DNA of 64,000 nt, from positions 4,970 through 68,969 of the forward strand of contig CALYPJ010000007.1 of NCBI GenBank assembly GCA_945273735.1, read 5' to 3'. Shown here one piece after another: positions 10,148-19,928 of this stretch. A program made the position numbers and the translations under genes. This DNA is from an uncultured Lactobacillaceae bacterium. Lineage in GTDB: Bacteria > Bacillota > Bacilli > Lactobacillales > Lactobacillaceae. Numbering within the stretch: position 1 is the first letter of the stretch; each line of letters opens with the position of its first letter. The notes beneath the pieces are model-generated. The model was not told the DNA's origin. It searched no databases and was given only the letters and a program-made list of their open reading frames with translations.

Positions 10148-10770
10148 TTGTTGCAAGTATTAATCAACCAGCTTTTGGAGATAATATTTGGCTAGATTTT
10201 AGTAAGCAAAATGATTATCAAACGGCTGAAAAAAAAGACGACTTATTTTTAATTAAAAATTCTCAAAATAAATTAATTGGTATAAATTTATTAAATTGGA
10301 GTTCAAGACTGGGAATTAATAAAACCCATGGATTTATTCCTATTAATTTAGAACAAATAAGTAAAATTAGTCAAAAAATACCTGAATATCAAGATGTTTT
10401 AAACTATGAACTTACAAATCCTTATTTTACTGTTGCTAAAATTAAATCAATTAACCCTCATCCAAGACTTAGTCGATTAAAAATAATTGAAATTGACATT
10501 GGTCAAAAAGATTTAGTTAGCATAGTTTCAGGCTCAATAAACCTTAAATTGAATTTACATACTGTTTATGCTCGACCAGGAGCAATTTTACCTAATGGTA
10601 AAAAAATTTTAAAATCTAAAATTGGTGGTGTGAAAAGCCCAGGTACTCTTTGTAATCGTACTGATTTAAATTTAAATTCTCCAGAAATTAAAGGAGCAAT
10701 TGAAATTACAGATTCAAGTGTTAATCCAGGAACTGATTTTGCTAAAATAGCAAAAATAAATTATAAATAA
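10144..10770 (+). CDS. ytpR: YtpR-like tRNA-binding domain protein
   Basis: C-terminal tRNA-binding OB-fold motifs (PHP..L, IVSGS.N, ARPGAILPNG); follows ytpP. Confidence 0.8.
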   Translation: MIVASINQPAFGDNIWLDFSKQNDYQTAEKKDDLFLIKNSQNKLIGINLLNWSSRLGINKTHGFIPINLEQISKISQKIPEYQDVLNYELTNPYFTVAKIKSINPHPRLSRLKIIEIDIGQKDLVSIVSGSINLKLNLHTVYARPGAILPNGKKILKSKIGGVKSPGTLCNRTDLNLNSPEIKGAIEITDSSVNPGTDFAKIAKINYK

Positions 10771-10780
10771 TCGAGGAAAT

Positions 10781-12103
10781 ATGATTGATCGTAATGGGAA
10801 CTATTTTATTATTGGAATTAAAGGTTCAGGGCTAAGTGCTTTAGCTGCTATCATGAAAAATGATGGGTTAAAAGTAGCTGGATCCGATATTCCAGACTAT
10901 GTTTTTACTCAAGATAAATTAAAAAAAGAAAAAATTAAAGTATATCCTTTTAATTCTAAAAATATTCAGGCTGGTCAAACAATTATTCAAGGAAATTCCT
11001 TTAATGATGATCATCCCGAAGTTAAAAGGGCCAAAGAATTACATTTACCCATAATGCATTATCATGAATTTTTAGGAGAGTATCTAAAAGACTATTTTTC
11101 AGTTGGAGTTTCAGGAGCACATGGTAAAACGACAACGACTGGAGTTTTAGCTCATATTTTAAATCATCAAGAAAAGATTAATTATTTAATAGGTGATGGC
11201 TCTGGCCAAGGTAATCCTAATTCTAATTTATTTGTTTTTGAAGCTGATGAATATGAACGTCATTTTACTAAATATTTTCCTGACTACTTAGTGATTACAA
11301 ACATTGACTTTGATCATCCCGATTATTTTCGAGATTTGAATGATGTAATCGATGCGTTTAATACTATTGCTAACCAGACAAAAAAACAAATTTTTGCTTT
11401 TGGTGATGATGATAGTACTCATCAATTAGATACTTCGTGCCCAATATTATATTTTGGCTTTAAAAAAGATAACCAAGTTCAAATTATTATAAAAGAAACA
11501 AAAAGAGCTTCAACTATATTTACACTAAATCAAAATGGTAAAAAAATAGGCACTTTTGAAACAAGTCTCCCTGGTCATCAATACGTTGTTGATATGACAG
11601 CAGCTATTTTGGTAGCAAAATCTTTTTCCTTAAGTAATGAAGTTATTCAAGCTCAAATTAATAGTTTTAAAGGTGTTAAAAGAAGATTTAATATTAGCAA
11701 GTTTAAAAAAGTAACAATTATTGATGATTATGCACATCATCCTAATGAAATTGCGGCTTCTATTGACTCTGCTCGGCAAATGTTTCCTGAAGAAGAATTA
11801 ACAGTAATTTTTCAACCACATACTTATACTCGAACTGCTAAATACCTTCAAGATTATGGTCGTGTATTAGGTGCTGCTGATAAAGTTTTTGTAACAGATA
11901 TTTTTTCTTCTCCGCGAGAAAAAACAGGTACAGTTACAAATAATGATATTGTTAAATTAATTGGTTCTAAAGCACATGTTATTAGTCTTAAAGATATGTC
12001 TGAATTAGATCAAATTAAAAATGGTGTTCTCTTATTTATGGGAGCTGGCGATATCCAAAAATATGAACAAGCTTATCGAAAATCAAATCCAACTCAAGTC
12101 TGA
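10781..12103 (+). CDS. murC: UDP-N-acetylmuramate--L-alanine ligase
   Basis: GIKGSGLS, GAHGKTTTT, FEADEY, DDYAHHP, FQPHTYTRT. Confidence 0.97.
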   Translation: MIDRNGNYFIIGIKGSGLSALAAIMKNDGLKVAGSDIPDYVFTQDKLKKEKIKVYPFNSKNIQAGQTIIQGNSFNDDHPEVKRAKELHLPIMHYHEFLGEYLKDYFSVGVSGAHGKTTTTGVLAHILNHQEKINYLIGDGSGQGNPNSNLFVFEADEYERHFTKYFPDYLVITNIDFDHPDYFRDLNDVIDAFNTIANQTKKQIFAFGDDDSTHQLDTSCPILYFGFKKDNQVQIIIKETKRASTIFTLNQNGKKIGTFETSLPGHQYVVDMTAAILVAKSFSLSNEVIQAQINSFKGVKRRFNISKFKKVTIIDDYAHHPNEIAASIDSARQMFPEEELTVIFQPHTYTRTAKYLQDYGRVLGAADKVFVTDIFSSPREKTGTVTNNDIVKLIGSKAHVISLKDMSELDQIKNGVLLFMGAGDIQKYEQAYRKSNPTQV

Positions 12104-12160
12104 TTGACTTTTAATAAAGATCAGTTAAACTGTTAAAGATAAAGTAGAGGTAAAGATTTA

Positions 12161-12937
12161 ATGCAAAATAATTTTTTTAAAAATAAAAATAATGAAAGAA
12201 CAACAGAGTCAAATAGTACTGTAAATTCATACATTAATGTCCGTGATCAGGGCTTATCTAAATATTACAGCCTAGTTTACTTAATTATGTTTTCTGGCGT
12301 AGCAATGACGACTATAATTTCATGGTTGTTAGCTTACCCCTTAAAAAATGTTTTTTTAAATTTTATTATGTCTAGTGGTAGTTTTGGCATTTTAGTTACT
12401 ACTTTTGCGCCTTTGATTTTAGTTTTCGTAATGGGACATAATGCAAATAAAGATGCTCCAGCAAAAAATAATTTAATCTTATTTTTAATAATATCAGCTT
12501 GTTATGGTGTAACAACTTCTTTAACTTTATTGGCTAGTTCTACAATAAATGTAGTTAATGCTTTAGGTGTTACTTCTTTAATTTTTTTGTTAATGTCAAT
12601 TTTAGGACGTAATACAAAAAATGATTTACAACGTGGTCGACGAACTGCAATGATGTTACTGTTGGGTGTTATTTTAATTTCTGTAATTAATATTTTTACT
12701 AAAGCAGCTACACTACAGTGGATTTTAAATTATGCTATTTTAGGAATTTTTACTTGGATGATTGCTAGTGATCAACAAAATATTAAAACAGCTTATTATC
12801 AAATGGAAGATATGGGAGCAACTAGTACCACTATGGCTAATTATGCTACTTACTCTGCACTTGGTTTATATCTTGATATTCTGAATATTTTTATGGTTTT
12901 AATTGATATTTTTGGTGGCAGCAATAATAGAAATTAA
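12161..12937 (+). CDS. Bax inhibitor-1/YccA family membrane protein
   Basis: About seven TM segments; C-terminal ALGLYLDILNIF motif; typical position upstream of polA. Confidence 0.88.
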   Translation: MQNNFFKNKNNERTTESNSTVNSYINVRDQGLSKYYSLVYLIMFSGVAMTTIISWLLAYPLKNVFLNFIMSSGSFGILVTTFAPLILVFVMGHNANKDAPAKNNLILFLIISACYGVTTSLTLLASSTINVVNALGVTSLIFLLMSILGRNTKNDLQRGRRTAMMLLLGVILISVINIFTKAATLQWILNYAILGIFTWMIASDQQNIKTAYYQMEDMGATSTTMANYATYSALGLYLDILNIFMVLIDIFGGSNNRN

Positions 12938-12959
12938 TTAAAAATTATTTTGAATTTTA

Positions 12960-12997
12960 AAAAGCGAAAATTCTTAAAAGAAATTTTCGCTTTTTTT
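12960..12997 (+). terminator. Intrinsic terminator
   Basis: AAAAGCGAAAATT...AATTTTCGCTTTTTTT. Confidence 0.8.
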
Positions 12998-13031
12998 AGC
13001 CTTTAAACATAATATTGGATAAAATAAAAGT

Positions 13032-15665
13032 ATGAAAAATAAAAAATTACTCTTGCTCGATGGCAACTCTTTAGCATATCGTTGTTTCTACGCATTAAAT
13101 GTAAAAAATTTTACTAATCACGAAGGAATACCTACTAATGCTATCTATGGCTTTAAAAGAATACTTGATGCAATTTTAAAAGAAATTAAACCGACAAATA
13201 TTTTAGCTGCCTTTGATGCTTCAAATAAAACTTTTAGAAACGATCTTTATTCAGACTATAAATCGGGTCGATCTAAAACTCCTGATGAATTATTTGAGCA
13301 ATTTCCTGCTATTCATCAAATGCTTAATCTGATGGGAATTAAAGATTATGAATTGGCAGACTATGAGGCAGATGACATTATTGGGACTTTGGCTCAACAA
13401 GGCAATAATGCAAAAATGGAAGTAGCCATTGTAACTGGTGATCGGGATTTAACTCAATTGGTTAATGATCATACTACTGTTTACATTACTCAAAAAGGTT
13501 TTTCAACCTATGAAACCTATACTCCCTCATATATAAAGAAAAAGTTAGGAATAGAGTCTAAACAAATTATAGATTTAAAAGCTCTAACTGGAGATACTTC
13601 AGATAATTATCCTGGAGTAAAAGGAATAGGTGAAAAAACAGCCTTAAAATTATTAAAACAATATTCAACATTAGAAGAGTTATACGATCATTTGAGTGAA
13701 TTTAAGCAAAGTAAATTAAAAGAAAATTTGATTCATGATCAAAAACAAGCTTTTCAAGCAAAAAAATTAGCAACAATAATTCGAGATTCTCCAGTTACAA
13801 TCACTTTAGAAGAAACTAAATTTTCTCCAGTAAATCAGGATGGATTAAACAATTTTTTTGAGAAATATGATATGAGATCTTTCCTAAATAATCAATCATT
13901 ACAAAAACAAGAAGATATTTTAAAAGAGAAGAACGTTCCAACTTATCAAATTTTGGATAAGTCTAATTCTGAAGATTTAAAAAAATTACAAAATCCATTA
14001 GTTTATTTTGAAACTTTTAATCAAAATTATCATGAAGCTGAAATTAAGGCAGTAATTATTGCACAACGTGACCAGATTTTTGTTGCTAAAGATTTTAATT
14101 TATTGAATAATGGCATTTTTAGGAGTTTTAACAGTATTAATACATACGACGCAAAAAAGACTTATATTCTTGCTAAACGCTATAATTGGAACTTGCCGCC
14201 AATAAAATATGATTTAATGATTGCTTCTTATGTTGATGATTCAAGTCATAGTGATGAAAATCTTGCAACGACAATCAATGATTATTTTGATCAGTTTATA
14301 CTATCTGATGAAGCTGTTTATGGTAAAGGAGTTAAAATTTCTTTACCAGAAGATGAAAATAGTCTTTTTGACCACCTAGCAAAAAAGGCAGAGGGATATT
14401 TCTTAGCTAAAGATGTGGTTGATGCTCATTTAAGAATGCATAAACAAGAACCTCTTTTAAATCAAATCGAATTACCTTTATCAAAAGTTTTAGCTAAAAT
14501 GGAAATTGAGGGCATAAAACTCAATAAAAATGAATTAAAAGAGATGGGTAAAGAATTTGATGCTAGTATTTCTGATTTAGAAGCTAAGATTTTTACCGAA
14601 GTTGGACAAGAATTTAATTTAAATTCACCAAAACAACTATCAAATATTCTTTTTAATGTAATGAATTTGCCTCCTGCTAAAAAAACTAAAACTGGTTATT
14701 CAACTTCAGTAGATGTTTTAGAATCTTTACGTCCTAAGTCCCAAGTTGTCGGTTGGATTTTAGATTATCGTCAATTGGCAAAGCTAAAGTCAACATATGT
14801 AGAAGGACTACAAAAATTTGACTTCGGTAATGGGATTATTCATACACGATTTCTACAAACACTTACATCAACTGGCCGTTTATCATCTGTTGACCCAAAT
14901 CTACAGAATATTCCTGCAAGGGGAATGGGTAAAATTATTCGAAAAGCTTTTACAGCAAGGCAAAATGGTTGGAAACTTTTTTCTTCAGATTATTCTCAAG
15001 TTGAATTGAGAGTATTGGCACATATATCTAAAGATCCTCACATGATTGAAGCTTTTAAAAAAGATAAAGATATTCATCAAGCAACTGCTCAAAAAATTTT
15101 TAATTTAAGTCCAGGATCAGAAGTAACGCCAGATATGCGTAGAGTAGCTAAAGCAACTAATTTTGGAATAGTATACGGCATCTCAGATTATGGTTTATCT
15201 AAAAATATAGGAATTAGTCGAAAAGAAGCTGCAAATTTTATTAATACTTATTTTGAACAATACCCTTTAGTTAAGGCATATATGAATGAAGCTGTAAAAT
15301 TTGCTAGAGAAAATGGGTACGTTGAGACTTTATCTCATAGACGACGATATTTACCAGACATTCATGCGAAAAATTTTAATTTACGTCATTTTGCTGAAAG
15401 GACTGCAATGAATACTCCTATTCAAGGAAGTGCAGCCGATATTATTAAAATTGCAATGGTTAGCATTCAAAATTATTTAGTTGATCAACAGTTAAAGTCC
15501 AAAATGATATTACAAGTTCATGATGAATTAACATTCGAAGTAGCTCCTGGTGAAGAAAAAATTATTGCAAAAATAGTACCAAAACTGATGGATTCGGCAT
15601 TTAAATTAGCTGTACCTTTAAAAGTTGAAAGTCATTTTGGTTCTACCTGGTTTGAAGTTCATTAG
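13032..15665 (+). CDS. polA: DNA polymerase I
   Basis: 5'-3' exonuclease LLLDGNSL/EADDIIGT; polymerase motifs DYSQVELR, KATNFGIVYG, QVHDE. Confidence 0.98.
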   Translation: MKNKKLLLLDGNSLAYRCFYALNVKNFTNHEGIPTNAIYGFKRILDAILKEIKPTNILAAFDASNKTFRNDLYSDYKSGRSKTPDELFEQFPAIHQMLNLMGIKDYELADYEADDIIGTLAQQGNNAKMEVAIVTGDRDLTQLVNDHTTVYITQKGFSTYETYTPSYIKKKLGIESKQIIDLKALTGDTSDNYPGVKGIGEKTALKLLKQYSTLEELYDHLSEFKQSKLKENLIHDQKQAFQAKKLATIIRDSPVTITLEETKFSPVNQDGLNNFFEKYDMRSFLNNQSLQKQEDILKEKNVPTYQILDKSNSEDLKKLQNPLVYFETFNQNYHEAEIKAVIIAQRDQIFVAKDFNLLNNGIFRSFNSINTYDAKKTYILAKRYNWNLPPIKYDLMIASYVDDSSHSDENLATTINDYFDQFILSDEAVYGKGVKISLPEDENSLFDHLAKKAEGYFLAKDVVDAHLRMHKQEPLLNQIELPLSKVLAKMEIEGIKLNKNELKEMGKEFDASISDLEAKIFTEVGQEFNLNSPKQLSNILFNVMNLPPAKKTKTGYSTSVDVLESLRPKSQVVGWILDYRQLAKLKSTYVEGLQKFDFGNGIIHTRFLQTLTSTGRLSSVDPNLQNIPARGMGKIIRKAFTARQNGWKLFSSDYSQVELRVLAHISKDPHMIEAFKKDKDIHQATAQKIFNLSPGSEVTPDMRRVAKATNFGIVYGISDYGLSKNIGISRKEAANFINTYFEQYPLVKAYMNEAVKFARENGYVETLSHRRRYLPDIHAKNFNLRHFAERTAMNTPIQGSAADIIKIAMVSIQNYLVDQQLKSKMILQVHDELTFEVAPGEEKIIAKIVPKLMDSAFKLAVPLKVESHFGSTWFEVH

Positions 15666-15683
15666 AAAAATGGAGAAATTTTT

Positions 15684-16511
15684 ATGCCTGAATTGCCCGA
15701 AGTCCAAACAGTAATTAATAATTTAAAACCCTTAGTTATTGGTCATACAGTAACTAAAGTTGATATTTTTTATCCAAAGATGATCCTTAATGATCCACAT
15801 GAATTTGTAAATAAATTAATAAATTTAAAATTTATAAATATTAGAAGAAGAGGTAAGTATATTCTCTTTGATTTATCTAATAATGAGAGTTTAATTAGTC
15901 ATTTACGAATGGAAGGTAAGTATAGTGTACTTGAAAATAATGCCGATTTACCTGCTCATAGTCATGTCGTTTTTTGGTTAGAAAATGGTTCAAAAATAGT
16001 TTATCATGATACCCGAAAATTTGGGCGAATGCACTTAGTTAAAACAGATCAAGTAGCAGATGCTAAAGAAATTAAAAAATTGGGTTGGGAACCTTTTGAT
16101 CCACAATTTACTCCGGATGTTTTTTTAAAATTATTACATACTCGTCATGGAAAAATTAAAGTGGCATTACTTTCACAAGATTTAGTTGTAGGATTAGGTA
16201 ATATTTATGTTGACGAAGTTTTGTATTATGCACATATTCATCCAAAAAGTAATCCCAGCCATTTAACTTTATCAGATGCTACTTTTTTGCAAGAAGGAAT
16301 TAAAAAAATATTGAAATTAGCCATTAAAAAAGGGGGAACAACAATTTTTAGTTTTAAAAATGCTAATGGAGAAATTGGACATTTTCAAAACTACTTAAAA
16401 GTTCATTCTCAGAATAATAAATTATGTGAACGTGACCATGCCAAAATTCAAAAAATTAAGTTAAATGGACGTTCAACCTATTTTTGTCCAAAATGTCAAA
16501 TTCTCAAATAA
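15684..16511 (+). CDS. mutM: Formamidopyrimidine-DNA glycosylase
   Basis: MPELPEV, HLRMEG, GLGNIY and a C-terminal zinc-finger region. Confidence 0.97.
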   Translation: MPELPEVQTVINNLKPLVIGHTVTKVDIFYPKMILNDPHEFVNKLINLKFINIRRRGKYILFDLSNNESLISHLRMEGKYSVLENNADLPAHSHVVFWLENGSKIVYHDTRKFGRMHLVKTDQVADAKEIKKLGWEPFDPQFTPDVFLKLLHTRHGKIKVALLSQDLVVGLGNIYVDEVLYYAHIHPKSNPSHLTLSDATFLQEGIKKILKLAIKKGGTTIFSFKNANGEIGHFQNYLKVHSQNNKLCERDHAKIQKIKLNGRSTYFCPKCQILK

Positions 16512-17080
16512 TTGGGATAACTGGAGGGATAGGAACTGGAAAAACCTTTGTATGTAAAATTATTGCCAATTATGGTTTTTCGGTTTTAAATTCCGATAAA
16601 ATTGCCCATCAAGTATTAAACAAAAATAAGCAAGTAATCCATATAGTTAAAGAGAATTTTGGTATGCAAGTTATTGCATCAGATGGATCTATTGATCGAA
16701 AAAAATTAGGGCAAATTGTTTTTAAAGATTTTTCACAATTAAAAATTTTAAATCATATTCTTGATTCATATTTAAAAGAAGCAATTTTTAAAGAGATCCG
16801 AAAAACACCAAGTCCTGTTTTTATTGAAATTCCTCTACTTTATGAGCAAAATTATCAATCTAGATTAGATCAAGTAATTGTAGTTTATGCTGATGATCTT
16901 ACAGCAATTAAACGAATACAAAAGCGTGATCATATTGATAAGCATTTTGCAATAAAAAAGGTGAATTCGCAAATGTCAATCAGAAAAAAAATGAAGATGA
17001 CTAAATATTTGATCAATACTACTAATCCTCAAGTTCAAAAACAAGTCCATCTAATATTGCAAGAGCTAAAATTAATCTAA
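16493..17080 (+). CDS. coaE: Dephospho-CoA kinase
   Basis: IGITGGIGTGKT, IDRKKLG.IVF, EIPLLYE; overlaps the mutM end (start uncertain). Confidence 0.93.
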   Translation: MSNSQIIGITGGIGTGKTFVCKIIANYGFSVLNSDKIAHQVLNKNKQVIHIVKENFGMQVIASDGSIDRKKLGQIVFKDFSQLKILNHILDSYLKEAIFKEIRKTPSPVFIEIPLLYEQNYQSRLDQVIVVYADDLTAIKRIQKRDHIDKHFAIKKVNSQMSIRKKMKMTKYLINTTNPQVQKQVHLILQELKLI

Positions 17081-17109
17081 AATTCATATAGATAAAAAAG
17101 GAGTAAATT

Positions 17110-17628
17110 GTGAAATGTCCGAATTGTGGTTTCTCAGAAACTAGAGTTGTTGATAGTAGACCTACAAAATTAAACACTGCTATTCGCCGTAGACGTCAAT
17201 GTGAGAATTGTAAGTTCAAATTTACCACCTTTGAAAAAATTGAATCAGCTCCATTGATTGTTGTCAAAAAAAATGGTTCTAACCAGGTTTTTGATCGTAA
17301 TAAGATTTATCGTGGTCTAGTCCGTGCTGCTGAAAAACGAAATATTAGTAAAGAAGTTCTTAGTAAAATTGTTGAAGAAATTGAAGAGCATATCCGTTTA
17401 GGAAGTGAATATGAAGTTACTACGCGCCAAATTGGTGATATGGTTATGAAAAGATTAGCTACCGTTGATGAAGTGGCTTATATCCGTTTTGCTAGTGTTT
17501 ATCGTGAATTTTCAAGTATCGATATGTTTTTAGCAGAACTTCAAAGTATGTCTAGAAAAAACAAAAAGAAAAGAACAAAATTAAAAAGATTTGATAATAC
17601 TAATACAAGGGAAAAAATTAATGACTAA
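17110..17628 (+). CDS. nrdR: Transcriptional repressor NrdR
   Basis: CPNC..VVDSR..IRRRRQCENC zinc ribbon, ATP-cone, AYIRFASVY. Confidence 0.97.
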   Translation: MKCPNCGFSETRVVDSRPTKLNTAIRRRRQCENCKFKFTTFEKIESAPLIVVKKNGSNQVFDRNKIYRGLVRAAEKRNISKEVLSKIVEEIEEHIRLGSEYEVTTRQIGDMVMKRLATVDEVAYIRFASVYREFSSIDMFLAELQSMSRKNKKKRTKLKRFDNTNTREKIND

Positions 17629-18955
17629 AAGAGAAATTAAAGCTAATAACGGCTTTTTAGTTACTAATGTTAATTATTTTTCAGATTTTAGCCAACAAGT
17701 TTTAACAGATTTATACCTTCCAATTATTGGTGCAAAATCTTACACCTTATATTTATATTTTTGGAGTTTAACTAAAAAAAAATTAGTGTCGATGGATCGT
17801 TTCGAACACACTAGAATAATTAATGCATTAGGAATTAGTTTAGATGATCTTAAAGAGGCATTATTACACCTTGAAGGAATTGGACTTTTGAGGACTTTTT
17901 TAAAAAAAGATATCATTGGTTTACTATTTTTATATGAATTATCTTCCCCGGTAAGTCCGGAAACCTTTTTTAAGGATAATCTTTTAACTTCTTACTTAAA
18001 AGAAATGGTTGGTAAAAATATATTTGAAGACTTAAAAGAAAAATATACATTACATCCTGTTAATACTAAAAATTTTACTGAAATTACCGCTTCATTTTCT
18101 GATGTTTATCAATTCAATTCTGTAAATCTTAATCCAGATAAGATTTCATTGAACTTTCAAAAGTCACGTACTCCATCAAACAATGAATTTGATCAAAATT
18201 TATTTTTAACTTTAACTGGTAAATTTGATTTAGATAAAGAATTAATTAAAAAAAATTTAGATGAATTTGAAGAAATTGCTCAATTTTATCAATTAAATGA
18301 ATTAGATTTAGTTAATGCTCTAGTTAGTTCTCATTGCTTTCGGAAAAACAAATTTCAAGTTAACTATTTGACTAATTTTTTAAATCAAAAAATAATAATT
18401 AATAAAAATTTATACAAAAATAACAATTCTTCTAATGATAATGATAGAGATGGTGAAAATATTTTAAAAAATCTAAAATTAAACGTTAATGAAGAAAATA
18501 TTATAACTCAAGCTAAAAGTTATTCACCATTACAGTTTTTAACGAAATTAAAAGAACAATTAGGAGGGTATATAACTAATTCTGAAGCAGCAATTATAAG
18601 AAAATTATCAAGACGTCAAATTTTAGATGATCAAGTTATTAATATAATGATTTATTATGAATTAAAGAATAATCCCACAATTACTGAACACTTAACTGAT
18701 ACTTTAGCTAATGATTGGTCCCAAAAAAGAATCCAAAAAGCTGAGGATGCTTTAATTTATGTAAAAAACTTTAAGAATAAAAAGAAGAAATCTTCTTATT
18801 CATCAAATAAAACTTCAAATAAAACTTCGAAACCGGTGCCAAAATGGTTTGACGAAAAGGATTCACCCCAGAATGAACTTGCAACTGATCATAATTTAGA
18901 CAGCTTAATTAAAACTGAAGAAAAAAGGCGAAAAAGATTAGATAAGAAGGAATAA
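17621..18955 (+). CDS. dnaB: Bacillus-type replication initiation/membrane attachment protein DnaB
   Basis: LYLPIIG and LEGIGLLRT motifs, C-terminal PKW; lies between nrdR and dnaI; ATG 17621 has an AAGGG SD. Confidence 0.88.
   Translation: MTKREIKANNGFLVTNVNYFSDFSQQVLTDLYLPIIGAKSYTLYLYFWSLTKKKLVSMDRFEHTRIINALGISLDDLKEALLHLEGIGLLRTFLKKDIIGLLFLYELSSPVSPETFFKDNLLTSYLKEMVGKNIFEDLKEKYTLHPVNTKNFTEITASFSDVYQFNSVNLNPDKISLNFQKSRTPSNNEFDQNLFLTLTGKFDLDKELIKKNLDEFEEIAQFYQLNELDLVNALVSSHCFRKNKFQVNYLTNFLNQKIIINKNLYKNNNSSNDNDRDGENILKNLKLNVNEENIITQAKSYSPLQFLTKLKEQLGGYITNSEAAIIRKLSRRQILDDQVINIMIYYELKNNPTITEHLTDTLANDWSQKRIQKAEDALIYVKNFKNKKKKSSYSSNKTSNKTSKPVPKWFDEKDSPQNELATDHNLDSLIKTEEKRRKRLDKKE
18803..18828. 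repeat. In-frame 12-bp tandem duplication (TCAAATAAAACT x2) in the dnaB tail
   Basis: Direct reading; encodes SNKT-SNKT-S. Confidence 0.8.
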
Positions 18956-18957
18956 AA

Positions 18958-19857
18958 TTGGAGAATTTATCTTTAAATTTTAAGGAATATTTCATATCAC
19001 ATAAATTAAAAGATCAATATAAACAACTTGTTCAACAAATGTGTAATGATACAGAAGTACAGAAGTTTTTAAAAGAAAATAAAATTACACCAGAGTCGGC
19101 ATCATTTAAAAATGGAATTAATAAAATTTATGAATTTTATCAATCTAGACAAAAAAATGATCAAGCTTATTTACCAAAATTAAATTTTTATCAAGGACAA
19201 ATTGAGCTTAATTACTATCCCAGTGCCATTACTTTAAAAAACCAACGGGATCAAAAATCTGCAAAGTTATTTCATTTATTATATTTACCAAAAAGACTTA
19301 AAACGGCCCGGTTGGATGATTTTGATCAATTAGGAAGAAAAAATGCTTATTTAAATGCGTTAAAATTTAGTAATTGGTTAATCGCTAATCCTCATAAATT
19401 TATTCAAGGGCCTTATTTTTTTGGTAAGTTTGGGGTTGGAAAAACTTATTTACTTGCAGCTATTGCTCATGAATTAACGATTCATAATATTGAAACATTA
19501 TTTGTTCATATTCCTACATTAGTTATTGAATTAAAAAATTCTATCGGTGATAATTCACTTGCATCTTTAATTAGTAAAATTAGGATGTCACCAGTTTTAA
19601 TTTTAGATGATTTAGGTGCTGAAAATTTAACTGCTTGGGTTCGTGATGATATTTTTAATACGATTTTACAATATCGCATGGATGCCAAATTACCTACTCT
19701 TTTTTCATCAAATTACAGTTTTGCTGAACTTGAAAAGCATTTATCAGAAGTACGGGATGACTATGATCGAGTTAAAGCACGAAGAATTATGGAGAGAATA
19801 CGCTTTCTTAGTTTTGAAACCGAAATCTCAGGAAAAAATTACCGCGAAAATTATTAA
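18958..19857 (+). CDS. dnaI: Primosomal helicase loader DnaI
   Basis: GKFGVGKTY, LILDDLGAE, WVRDD, RIMERI. Confidence 0.95.
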   Translation: MENLSLNFKEYFISHKLKDQYKQLVQQMCNDTEVQKFLKENKITPESASFKNGINKIYEFYQSRQKNDQAYLPKLNFYQGQIELNYYPSAITLKNQRDQKSAKLFHLLYLPKRLKTARLDDFDQLGRKNAYLNALKFSNWLIANPHKFIQGPYFFGKFGVGKTYLLAAIAHELTIHNIETLFVHIPTLVIELKNSIGDNSLASLISKIRMSPVLILDDLGAENLTAWVRDDIFNTILQYRMDAKLPTLFSSNYSFAELEKHLSEVRDDYDRVKARRIMERIRFLSFETEISGKNYRENY

Positions 19858-19928
19858 AGCTGATAAAATACTGTTATATTAGATATATTAGTTAAATTAA
19901 CTTAATAATAGTTTTAAAAAGGAGCATT

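Noticed and set aside
9799-10167. 122-aa antisense ORF over the thioredoxin, and other short shadow ORFs (e.g. 675-896, 5742-5957, 14818-15009, 50333-50533)
   Set aside because: They lie on or antisense to well-supported genes and show no motifs or SD; treated as spurious.
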